From NCBI GenBank assembly GCA_046563655.1, contig CM102290.1:11470001-11534000 (forward strand): a stretch of 64,000 nt of DNA. Direction: 5' to 3'. Below are positions 13,701-39,079 of this stretch, piece after piece. The translations under genes were made by a program, and so were the position numbers. Source of the stretch: Yuukianura sp. NJ FZ-2021. Lineage: Eukaryota. The notes under the pieces were generated by a model. That model did no database searches, was not told the DNA's origin, and saw only the letters and a program-made list of their open reading frames with translations. Each line of letters begins with the position of its first letter. Within the stretch, counting starts at the first letter, position 1.

Positions 13701-16369
13701 ATTAGTTTTAATGATTTTATCCATTGTATAATCTTTGTAGTTCTGAGAATAAGAAAGCTTGGGGAGAAGAGCTTGGGAAAGTTCTCAATCGTGACCGTGG
13801 GTACGTCCTGCTCACTTCGCTTCAGCTTGTGGGCGTCTGCTTGTATGTCTTCGTACGTCCAGAACTCATTCCTCATATCAAAGATGTTGCGACAGATTCT
13901 GTGAAGACAGGACTCGGAGGAGCGACTGGTTAGTTGAAAAATTCATAGGACGAACTTTATTTTAGAATTGACGGAGAATGGATTTGGTTTTGCAGGGAAT
14001 AAAGGTGCCGTTGCTCTTCGCATGGTCGTTCACAGCACATCGATGTGCTTCGTCTGTTCTCACTTTGCTGCTGGTCAGTCTCAAGTGAAGGAACGATGTG
14101 AAGACTATGCTGAAATCAAGCGAAAAATTCTTTTCCCAATGGTAAGCAACGTTGCTAACAACACAAAGCGTATGCATGAGTGGAAATAATCAGAGTTATT
14201 TGTTACATTTTAGGGTCGGAGTCTGGAATCTCATGACTACGTATTCTGGTGCGGAGATTTTAACTTCCGGATTGACATGGATCGAGAAGAAGTGAGGGAG
14301 TACGTTTCTCGTGGAGATTGGGCCGCTCTTCTCCAGAAGGACCAACTTACTGTGGAACGAGAAAAAGGAACTGTTTTTGAAGGATACTTGGAAGGCGAAA
14401 TCAACTTTGCTCCAACGTACAAATACGACTTGTTTTCGGAAGATTATGACACTAGTGAAAAGTGTCGTTTGCCAGCTTGGACAGATCGAGTACTTTGGCG
14501 ACGTCGGACACCATTGCAAGAAAATTGTAAGAATGTTCAGCAGTTCTGATTTCTTTTGGGTGCAAAGTGCTGAGCAAAATTATGAATCTTATTTTTATTT
14601 CATTCAAGATGAACCACCAGATTGGAATCTTGGAAAATGTCTCCATTATGGTCGTGCTGAACTGAAGCAAAGTGACCATCGTCCCGTCGTCTGCGTAATC
14701 CGTGTTGATGCTTTTGCTGTAGATGAACGGAAGAGGGATCAAGTATTTAGTGAAGTTATTGAGCAATTTGGTCCACCCGATGCAACTGTCATTTTGAGTT
14801 CAGATGATTCGACTGTGTTCCACTTGGAAGATGCAGATGAAGTAATTTTACAGGAATTGTCATGCTGCGGCAACGTTATTCTTGTACGTCACTTGGGCGA
14901 TGAGCTCTGGATTACTTTTGGTGACGGACTTGGTGCTTTGGCGGCTAGCAAACTCGGAACGCTTCAGGTACTTCAGCACTTTTTTTCCTTTGATTTGTAG
15001 ACTAATTAATTGAATTTCACAACTAATTGGTATTATGTGTTGTTATTTTGAAGGTGGGCAACTACGTAGTGTATATTAGGCTGAAAACGGAGGACTGGAA
15101 GAATCATCTGGAGAAGGAGATGGCGCTGTGCGTTAATAACAACATCCCGCTGCTACCGCCAGCATACAACAACAATTCGGTGAAAGTTTTGAAGAGTTCG
15201 TTGAACCAGCAAATCGAAGGTATTTCGCTTTTGTGTAAACAAAGTTTGAGGAAAAAGTTAGAATTTATTATATGTTAGTTTAATTACGATAGTTTACTTT
15301 AGATTAGTTTAACTTTGCTTAACTTAACGACTTATCCTAACGTGTGTTTGTCATTCCAGAACCGAACGTGGAAACTACGCGACAAGCACTGTTGGGCTCT
15401 GGACTCGGACCAAAGTCAGACGGCAAAGCACCTTCACGACCACCACCACCGCGTTCACCAGCAACAGAACGAAAACTAATGCTGAACGTAAGCATTCTAA
15501 AATTATTTTTAACTTGAATCTACTGCTCCTAGCAACGTAAACCGAAAAAAACCTTGGGGGTTTTCTACTGAGCGATCAGTGAAAAAATCTCACAATTCCC
15601 CAACGTCATTCGAAATTGTTTGGACAATTATAATTTGCAAAGTATAAAATATTTAAAATTAATTTTAGAAATGAGGTTTACAAATGCTGAAAAGTGAACG
15701 ATGAAAAGTTTAAATTGGATGATTGAAAGTTTTGAATTCCCATCTTTGAAAAAAAAGCTTTTAACTTTTTTTAGATGACTTTCTTTTCCTATAGTGCAAA
15801 CAAATTCAAATGCCGTTGGGGTCATTTGAGATTTCTGCAAAAACGTTCGTTTTTTTTTCGCTGATCGCTCAGTGAAAAGAAAACACAAGGGCTTTTTTCA
15901 GGGTAGTTTGCTAAAAAATAGTATGCAATGGAACTTATTATATCTATTGTTTTACTATTAGAACGACAGTGGACCTCCTTCTGGAGTTTCTTCCAGTCGC
16001 CAATCTCCAACTGAGCAGCAGCCTTCCACACCACGGGCATCTCCACTTCCGGCGCCGCTTACTCCGCAACGCATGTCGCCAACACAGCCACTCCCACCTA
16101 CTGTTCCTCCTCGTCAAGCATCTCTGACACATTCCGATCCCACTACACCCCACTCTTCACCCACTCGATCTCTAGAACAAGAGACACAAGTTGTTCCTTC
16201 TATTCCACCTCGAGGTCCTGCCACTCTTCCGCCAGTTCCAAATCGAGTTGCTGCTAATCCTAATTCAAATCTCCCGCCGGTGCCAGCCAGACAAGGTGGA
16301 GGACCACCACCAATACCAGCTCGGCAAGCAGCCCCTAATGCCCCTCCTGTTATTCCGCCAAGGAAGTAA
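10731..16369 (+). CDS. synj: Synaptojanin (Sac1 domain, inositol 5-phosphatase, RRM-like region, Pro-rich tail), multi-exon
   Basis: Start MALGKPFKV. Sac1 motifs [27 protein letters not shown] and [12 protein letters not shown] (CX5R). 5-phosphatase motifs [38 protein letters not shown] and SDHRPV. Pro-rich C-terminus. Confidence 0.96.
15540..15904. mobile_element. Degenerate MITE in a synaptojanin intron
   Basis: Imperfect terminal inverted repeats with core ACTGAGCGATCAG(T/C)GAAAAAA at ~15567, inverted at ~15850-15873. No coding capacity. Confidence 0.6.
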
Positions 16370-17296
16370 TCCCACCATAAGTATCCGAGAATGCACCGGA
16401 TTCAATGCGCGAAAGATATCTTATCCTGGATATGATTTAGATAGCTAACTTGAAGCCGTGTTATCTACGGCTCGCGTAAACTTCTTTTATCGAGCCAGTG
16501 GGCGGGGCTTGTATCAAGACGGCTAAAGTTCCACCAATCAGGGTCCAGCTGAGGACATAACCGTGACAGAGTATAAGTTGATCATATTAGATTCTACGAC
16601 AGTTACTACTACATTTGATTCAGTCAAGCGTGTTTAACATTCGTACCTTCCAAGTTACTTAACTTAGCCTTATCGTCTAACCTAAGTTTTTGAAGTTCTA
16701 ACAATTAATTCTTGTCTTGCCGAACAGTTAAGTCATTCCAACATTAATTTAGTTCCTCCCTCAACCAAAGTTATAATAATTTTCGAGTTGAAATTAATTA
16801 CACTCAACTCTTCGCACTCACACTACACGCAAAAGCACAAATAGAGCATTGGATGAAAGTCTTATGCTTAAGTATTAGTAGAATCCACAGCAGATCTCTA
16901 GAAACAAAAAAAAATTAGTAGAGCTGTTAATCCTAAGATTAGTAGAAAGTAGATGAAGATTAGTAGAAATTAATTTTGAGCAGTTCAAAAACATTGCTCT
17001 CTTCTCCATTCCAATAAAAAAAGACTTTTGACCTTTAAGAAGCTGCGGATAAAATTATTTCTTTTAATTTCTTGATCAGCTAGGTTTAATTTAAAATATT
17101 TTTTTTTATAGTTGCAGTTATTATTTGTACAATCCTTAGTTAGGCTGTACATAAATCAAGTACTTGGCAAGTACATTGACGAAGTACTTGCGTCGTCGTG
17201 AACGGTGTTAGCGAAAATCTACAGTAAAATAACATCTTGGTCACGTATGCGTTATGCTGCTTGCATTAAATATCCCCGCATGGGCCTTCCTTTACT

Positions 17297-20200
17297 TTAG
17301 TGATCCCGTTTCTTAGACTTTCTGGAACTAGATTTCTTCTTGTCACTTTTTCTTCGCCTATAATTTCAAAAACAAAACATGAAGAAAAAATGTTGAATTC
17401 TAATGGTAAAATTTTCAATTTTAGGTTTTAGCCTTCACAGTCGTACTTTTTCTTCGAGGATTTCTTTTTACGTGAAGAATGTGAATGTGAACGTTTGTGA
17501 TGATGGCGGTCATCACTTTCTGAGTCTTCAGAACTAGAGGAGTTTTTATATCGTTTCTTCGTCTTGTGATGCTTGTGATGTCTCTTGGACTTCCAATCAT
17601 CATCATCTTCATCATCATCACTTTCCGACGAAACGGAAGCTGGTCTTTTCCTAAACGCTTGTGCCGGTTTAATTGCCTTGTGGGACACTGCCAAAAACAA
17701 CAAAAAATTAAATCTCTTCTGTTTCACTTTTATTTTCTCCTTTTGATTTACCTCTTCCGATTTCTTCAACATCAGTGTCGTCCCCGTTTTCTGTTCCTTC
17801 AGTATCTTTCGGAACCGAAACTCTTGTAGCTTCTTCGTGATGCACCTCTGCAATGATTTCTACTTCGTTTCCGTCTGGAGCAGCCTCAGTTTCCGTGTCA
17901 GGTTGTACATTTACTTCTAATGAAAAAAAAAGGGCAATGTGAGACAAAGTTCCTTAGGAATGTGCTACATCGATTAATTGTAAACTAGTTACCAGGGACA
18001 GGAGCTGAAGAAGGAACAGGCGGCGGCGTACTGGATTTTATGTCTTCGTTGTCGTCCATTTCCTTCTTCATCTGCTCTAGAAACAATGCTGCTCTCCGTC
18101 GTCGTTCCGCTCTACGCTGTTCCTCGTCTATTCCTGATTTTATTTCTGGTTGACTTTGACTTGGAACTTGAACATCTTCGACCGAGGAACTTATAAGTGG
18201 AAGTGGTCGAAATAAGGCTGAAGACGGCTTTGTTACTAGACATTCGCTCGCTATATGTTGAACTGGGAAGGATTTGTCAACAATCTTTTCTTCAGAACTC
18301 TTTGCCCGATTTTCTAGCGTCTTTTTCCTCAGCTGCTCGATTTTGTCAATAAGAGCTGGTGGAAGTGTTGCCATTCGGGTTAAGGCGTCTAAACAGAGTA
18401 AGTACAGATCACTTAGTTAAACTTCATTATTAAAATTAGCATTAACTAATGAAATACAACTTTACTAGCGTGATTTGGAGCTGGAGGTTTCGGTGGTATT
18501 GACGACGGTCGATTTAGAATTGGAAAGCTCTTTTTCGTTACTGCTTCGACATTGGGTGAGCATCGATCCGGCATTGACTGCTCCGACGCGTAAGGAACGA
18601 ACTTGTTGGCAAGGATTCTGCCAGTATCAGCTCCCTGGTATGACTCCTTGCATGCAATGTAGTACCAATGGTGGGGATGAGACGGGTCCAAAAACTTAAA
18701 TCTCGCATCACCTAAAACAAACGAAATGGAAGTGTTAATCTTACTCCTGTTACAGATTAATCATGCTAATGGTATTTTACATAATAATATTGAATTGTCA
18801 TGGTGTGACTCCTTAGACATGTCCGTACCATACATGAAAACTTGAAAACTATGTCTCAAGTGACCCCACAAAATTTTCACAAAATGATACAAACCAAAAC
18901 ACCAACTATAGTACAACCATTTACCGTTAATGATTTAACCTTCTAAGGAATTACTTGAACGCTGAAACAATCGTTAACTTAATCTGAGCAAGGTAAAGCA
19001 AACTAAAGTTCGGGAATACGTTATTCTACCATTCTCAGATGGGGCACCGTGAGACAATTGTGAAGCTCATCTAAAGCACTGTCACATTTTACATATAGTA
19101 GTACACATTCCACGTTAAAAACGTATAACACAAAGAGGCAGACTTCCGAATCCTTGGTAAATCATGAAAAATTGTTATTTCTGCGAACTGATACATTACT
19201 AACCGCAATTGCAAATTTACACCTCGCAGTTGAATAATAACAGTTACTTTATAACCATACAACTTACTGGGGACAGTGACCCTCAGTCACTCATAAGCAT
19301 AACAACCCCCTTGCTCTGGGGCAATATGACACAATTTGTCCACTTATCATGGTTGTCACGTCTGTTGTTGTTATGGGGCTATCGTATACAGTCACTTTTA
19401 GTTACAGTGAGCAGGTACTGGGGTAACTTGATATTATGATACAAACATCCAGCAAGCAGTATTGAGATGATTAGTTCTTGTTGCGGTGAGACTAATTGAT
19501 ACATGGCACACTTAAATGTGAAGTAAATGAGAAATGGCTGGCTTTACCTTTAGTGCTTGCTAGAGATTCAAAGGCAGGGCCGTTTTTGACAACATAATTG
19601 GCCATCTTCTCTATGATGGCAAGCGATTCTCCAGTTGGTTGACATCTATTTCCTGTCAACTGGTCTCCATGGCTCAAATCTGGGTCTGGATTCCACGATT
19701 CCTGTGCTTCCTCCGTCACTTGAGGAGTAATCTCTTGAATTTTTGAAACTAAAGTTGAGTAAGCACTTGGTCCAGTGACTCTGTACTCCGATAACCGACT
19801 CGCCTGTAACCCAGAACATCAATTATTTCACGCTGTGATTTAGTGTATTAAGTTAATTAATTTAACACCATGACATTTCCAAATGGTACCTTTGTTTCAG
19901 CGGATGGTGGTGCAAGTTTAGGTACTAGGCTAGGATGGAGGTAGTGGTCCTCGTCATCACTGTCGGATCCATCTGCAAAACAATAGGGGCATACGAGAGT
20001 TAGAACCTGATTAATCAAACATTGTCAACCTAAATTTGGGGCTAAATGGATACTGCGACGCAAGTCCAGGGAAGAAAAGAAACTTTAGCTTTGTGTATCA
20101 AGTTACAAAGTGAACGATCATGGAATAATATGTTTAATTAAGACCTCAATCAAGGTCAACGGCATTAGCTTACTCCTTCAACCCCTTACCAATGGCTACA

Positions 20201-21377
20201 CCCTGAGTAAATCAGAGTAGTCCCAAACTTCTGCAACTTCCAATATTCCGTAACGTCGTCTGTGCTGCAGAGTGAACTCAATTTGAGTCTGATAAGAGAA
20301 TCAATTAATGTGAGGAAACACTTAAAAACTCCCAGGAAATACTTAAGAACAGAGAGACAGAGGAGACTTACGAGGTGAGGTTTCAAAGAGGGAGACCTCT
20401 GCCACAGGCTTGTACGCATGCGTCTTGATAGCTGTCACCAAGTACTTGTAGTAGGGATTCAGCCTATCATTGAGCGTCAAAAAGTTGAACATAGGATTTG
20501 ACCCCTGTTTCGTTTTTAGGATAATCTCCATTTGTGTTCCATGACTGGCAATAAACTTGGCCGTTTTTTCGATGACTGCGTGACTCTTCATTGTCTCTGG
20601 CTGAAAGTTGAAAATGATAACTTGAAAACGAATGAAATGAACTTAGTTTCGATTCTAAGTGCAATGGAATCCAATGGAGGCGTTAACTGAAATGGTTATG
20701 ATGATTTTACCACAATGAGATCTGGTGGAACGTAAAGTCCAGGAGGTGGAGCATAAGCGTAGTCACGATTTTTCGATTTTTTAACGTCTTCTTCATAATC
20801 GTTGTCGTTAGAGGACGAATCATAAGAATATGGCAGCGAGGCGTAGTTATTGGGTTTCCCATTCGTCGAGCTGGACTCATCGTTTAAATCTAAAACAACA
20901 ATCAACTATAAGAGGCAAATCACAAGACCGAAAAGTTCATGTTAGTATGTGACACCTACCGCTGATACCATTCCTGCTGCCGTCAAGGCATGCATCATCG
21001 TTCTCCAATTCTTCTTCATCTTGACAATCCCTATATCTTTCCAAGTCACACCATCTTTCCATTTGAAGCTCTTCCTTCGTAAGAACTGGGCTTCCATCGC
21101 GAAGCGGTTCACAAGCCTTCGTATCTGTCAAGGCACCACGCCCATCGTACCTAAAAAATTTCAGATAAAATGCGTGAAGAAAATAATAAGTAGAATTGAT
21201 GTGAAACGCTAGAGTTAGCTAAACTTACCGGTCAATAAGAATAGAAGTGTCTCCGAACAATGGCATCAAATGACCTCCATTTTCGATCCACTCCGCTCTC
21301 TCGTCATCTCGGTAAACTTTTGAAGCGTAGCCGAAGACAAGTAACTCGTTCAGATCCTCCGCAGAAGGGCCATCCAT
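17297..21377 (-). CDS. SFSWAP: Splicing factor suppressor-of-white-apricot homolog (DRY/EERY domain, two SURP domains, K/R/S-rich tail), multi-exon
   Basis: [28 protein letters not shown]...IDR|YDGRG. SURP1 [33 protein letters not shown]...PYYKYL. YLHPSL motif. SURP2 [18 protein letters not shown]...[27 protein letters not shown] and a basic C-terminus. Confidence 0.93.
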
Positions 21378-22834
21378 GTCGTCACTAAACGTTGCTTGGT
21401 GTAATTCCAGGTACACAGTGCACTTGTCAACTGCGAAATAACAGACGAAACAAAGGTAAGAAACGAAAATTTTCCCTCGAATCGATTATTCTGAGTTAAC
21501 ATAAAGAAATACTGGTAAGCGTTTAATAAATACAAGATAAATGTAATATATGACCGCTGTAAATAAAGTAAAATTCCATAAACAGTTACGGGGTCATTCT
21601 AAACATCATAACAGCAACAGCGACTGAGAAATAAAGAAGCCTTACCTCCAATTACGCACTTGTAGGTTCACGGTTTTTCGGTTAAAATTCTTCGAACTTC
21701 ATGAAAACTAAAAATTGTTGACCCATCTAATGCTACCAGTATTCAGTTGTTCATTAATGTAATCATTGAAATATTGCTTGAGTTAAGACAGCTTAACTAA
21801 CATATCTTTGTGCTTTAAACTCAACTAAAAACTCAACTTTGTAAAATAACAATTTGTGATTAAGTAAGCAGTGCTTACTAAGCACTCAAAGTCAAAGAAA
21901 ATGTTTCGTTTTTGCCAAAAAGAGTGAACAAACACCTTGTTCTTTCCAAGATATAATCAATGCAAATTTTTTAAATTTTTTTTCTAAAAAAAAATTTATC
22001 TTTTTCTCAACCGAACGGACCTCCCCTGTTGCCAAGAATTTTTCACCCTCTACTTCCACATACTAATTTCAAGTAAAATTGAGGGTTCAATTTGTAGGGC
22101 CAAGTGCTTTAACATGAATTGAAAGCTTAATTTAGATTATCAAATGCATGGTTAATGTATAATGGTCAAGTTTTTTCAGGTTTAAGAACTATTGACATGA
22201 CAAGAGGGACCAAAATGACTTATCAGTTTCCTGTGAAGGTGGACTGATTTGTTTGGTAAAAGGCATTGGTGTGACAAAATATGTATCTCACTTCGAAGTG
22301 CTTTGCGAGTAAAAAGTACGGTAACACATGTATATATGTATGAAGTAGTGACGTAGATAATATCAAAGTGTTTAGGAATATATAATCACCTTATGTAATA
22401 CTTATGCTAAGTTGGAGTTATTCCTGGAAACAGGGGTGACAAATGGTTTACTTCATGACATGGTCTTGACGTATTTATAGAAATTGCATATGTTTGATGA
22501 ATGTGACAACGTGGCGGATGTGTTTTGTTGTATAAAATGTACACACCGCACACTGTGAAATCGGCTAGAAACAGCGGAAAGAGGTCCTCCAGATTTACAG
22601 CTCATTTCTCCCTTCCTGTGAAAGGCTGTCGATCCAGAAGTGCTCCTGTCCTTAAAGCATATCATAATTCATCCATAACCTTTAACTTTTATATCCCGAA
22701 ACACTGTCTCAAAGCCAGTAAATCATCAGTCGTCAATTGATCACAGATTTTTACCATCCGTCAGGATTGCATACCAAAGATCTCTCTATTTTGATACTCG
22801 ACAGTCTTTAGGCGATATTCAAACGGAACGTAAA

Positions 22835-36271
<13,437 letters not shown>

Positions 36272-37029
36272 GGCGAACACGTTGGATTCGTTGACTAGAA
36301 ATAACAAATGAAGACAGGGAGCGCCTCAAGTATTCAGAATTGAGTTGCCTTAGCTGAGTCATTCCAAAAACTACAAACACAACCTCCACAACTAACTACA
36401 AAATTCGAAGAGACAGAAACTAATTAACTATTTGATGAAAAGACGCTTAAGAGAGAAAACAGTTTCAACTTGATTCACATGATTTTAACCACCTTAGGGA
36501 TTATAGGAAGTTGCTTGTTTGTCTTGAGACGCTTGGAGCTGAACAAACAAAGGTTCATCCAGCGTTGTTTCAAGTATAAATTAACACAACTTTTATTGTT
36601 AAGTAGTATTACTACGTAAAACTACGTTTTAAAACATTTTAAACAGTATATGGAGGTAGTAATTAAATCACGACTACGCCAACATGGAGCGGAAATGTGT
36701 CGAACCGCAATTATAGCTGACTCTTTTTTCACTTGTATCTTTTTTTTGTGTGATTGTGCATTTACTTTCTCTTTTTCCGTTTTTCTTCTCCCTTGAACTG
36801 TTACTATTTACAGCTTTTGTTTCTAAATAGTAGTATTCATTGTTCTTTGCAACAATGCCCAGTTGCAATTTTGAGTATTCGGAATTTAGAAATTCCGATT
36901 TACTATCCCAATCTATCTATAACCTCCGCCACTGAACACTGGACGTTTTAAAATCGTAGTTTTTCATGGTTGGATTAGTCAAAAAGTAACAGTTACGTAC
37001 GAATTGACTGTTAACTTGAAAAAGTTTAC

Positions 37030-37035
37030 AATAAA
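37030..37035 (+). promoter_or_regulatory. Candidate polyadenylation signal of AHCYL1
   Basis: AATAAA ~760 nt downstream of the stop codon, just before the satellite array. Confidence 0.45.
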
Positions 37036-37237
37036 ACCAAAAATGTATTGTCGAATCGCTTGATGAGTTGATTCTTCGTTAAAATTTCGTTAAGAGATTT
37101 ATAGATCTCTGCTCCTTATAGTTCCGTAAATACCGTAGGTATCTACTTCCGTAGGTATGAATTTTCAAAGAGTGTTGAAAAAAATATTCAATGACTAACC
37201 AATAGTGAAAAGTCCAAAATGGAACATCGTTTATCAT

Positions 37238-38395
37238 CAAATTTTGAAAAAAACCATGGACTATAGTCCATGGATTTTTTCGAAATTTCGTCAAAATCTG
37301 AGGGTACCTTTTTATATTTTCTAAAAATACTCCATATTTTTGTGAATTCAGGAGCGAAGAGTTTACCTTTCTATCGCTTTCCGTTCTCGAGTTATGAATT
37401 TTGAAAGTTTTTGAAAATTAAAATGAAATTTTGAAAATTTATATCTCGTGAACGGAAAGCGATAGAGACCTAATCTCTTCACGAGAGGCTTTTAAAAATC
37501 ATGAAGAATTTTTAGAAATTTTGAAAACTCCAAAATCGAACATCAAGTTTTTCGTCAAATTTTGAAAAAAACCATGGACTATAGTCCATGGTTTTTTGTG
37601 AAATTTCGTCAAAATCTGAGGGTACCTTTTTATATTTTCTAAAAATACTATATATTTTTGTGAATTCAGGAGCGAAGAGTTTACCTTTCTATCGCTTTCC
37701 GTTCCCGAGTTATGAATTTTGAAAGTTTTTGAAAATTAAAATGAAATTTTGAAAATTTATATCTCGTGAACGGAGAACGATAGAGAGCCAATCTCTTCAC
37801 GAAAAGCTTTCAATAAATGTGAAGAATTTTTAGAAATTCTGAAAACTCCAAAATCGAACATCAAGTTTTTCGTCAAATTTTGAAAAAAACCATGGACTAT
37901 AGTCCATGGATTTTTTCGAAATTTCGTCAAAATCTGAGGGTACCTTTTTATATTTTCTAAAAATACTATATATTTTTGTGAATTCAGGGGCGAAGAGTTT
38001 ACCTTTCTATCGCTTTCCGTTCCCGAGTTATGAATTTTGAAAGTTTTTGAAAATTAAAATGAAACTTTGAAAATTTATATCTCGAGAACGGAAAGCGACA
38101 GAGAGCCAATCTCTTCACGAAAAGCTTTCAATAAATGTGAAGAATTTTTAGAAATTCTGAAAACTCCAAAATCGAACATCACGTTCCCGAGTTATGAATT
38201 TTGAAAGTTTTTGAAAATTAAAATGAAATTTTGAAAATTTATATCTCTAGAACGGAAGACGATAGAAACCTAATCTCTTCACGAGAAACCTTCAAAAATA
38301 TGAAAAATTTTAAGAGATGTTGAAAATTTCAAAATCAAACATCAAGTTTTTCGTCATATTTTCAAAAAAAAAAGTCCATGTTTTCTTTTCAAAAA
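37238..38395. repeat. 318-bp tandem satellite (~3.5 units), each unit made of two inverted ~159-bp halves
   Basis: Perfect palindrome CCATGGACTATAGTCCATGG at 37254, 37572 and 37890 (318-bp period). Internal inverted pair TCTATCGCTTTCCGTTC..GAG / CTC.(T/A)GAACGGAAAGCGATAGA. Confidence 0.93.
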
Positions 38396-39079
38396 AATCT
38401 TTGTATCAAGAAAATCGGGAAAATTGCCATCAAAATCGGAGCCATGGTGGTAAATCGAATTTCTACCGCATTTTTCTTTCGAAATTTTGTCAAAATTTTG
38501 AATGTGAGTTTCTTGGAAAATTTGTTTCATCGAATTAGGAGACAATGATGTTCTCTCTCCTTCGCCTTGAAACGGCGTCACAGAAGTCCCACAAAGTTGA
38601 AAGTTTGAGTTTGTGAAAACGGGAAGGCGAATCAGTTTGTATGGGAAGTGAAAAACTTGAGTAGAAAAGTGGCAAGTTTTGAATGGATTAATCCTCTAAC
38701 TTTTTCATGTCATTCAAACTGTAATATCCATACAAAACATTTACAAATGCAAGAAACTTTGAAAATTCATCTTTCTCTTCCTGATTAAATTAAATTAAAT
38801 TAAAACAATGAGCAACATTTTTTTTTATTTTCAAAGTGCAGATTCGAATGAAAACACAAATCGCTGCTTTGAAACTTCACGCATTTTGAGAACGAAATGC
38901 TTCCGAAGGGACAAACACTTTTATTGATTTTCGCATTTACAAACTAAAAAAGAGTCTAAATCCAATTGTCAATAACAAAAAATTAACTTCCAAAAAATCA
39001 ACAATTTGATTTACAAGAATATCAACTTTAGCACTGCAACACCCGAAAACACAAAAAGTTTCCATTAATATCCAACACA

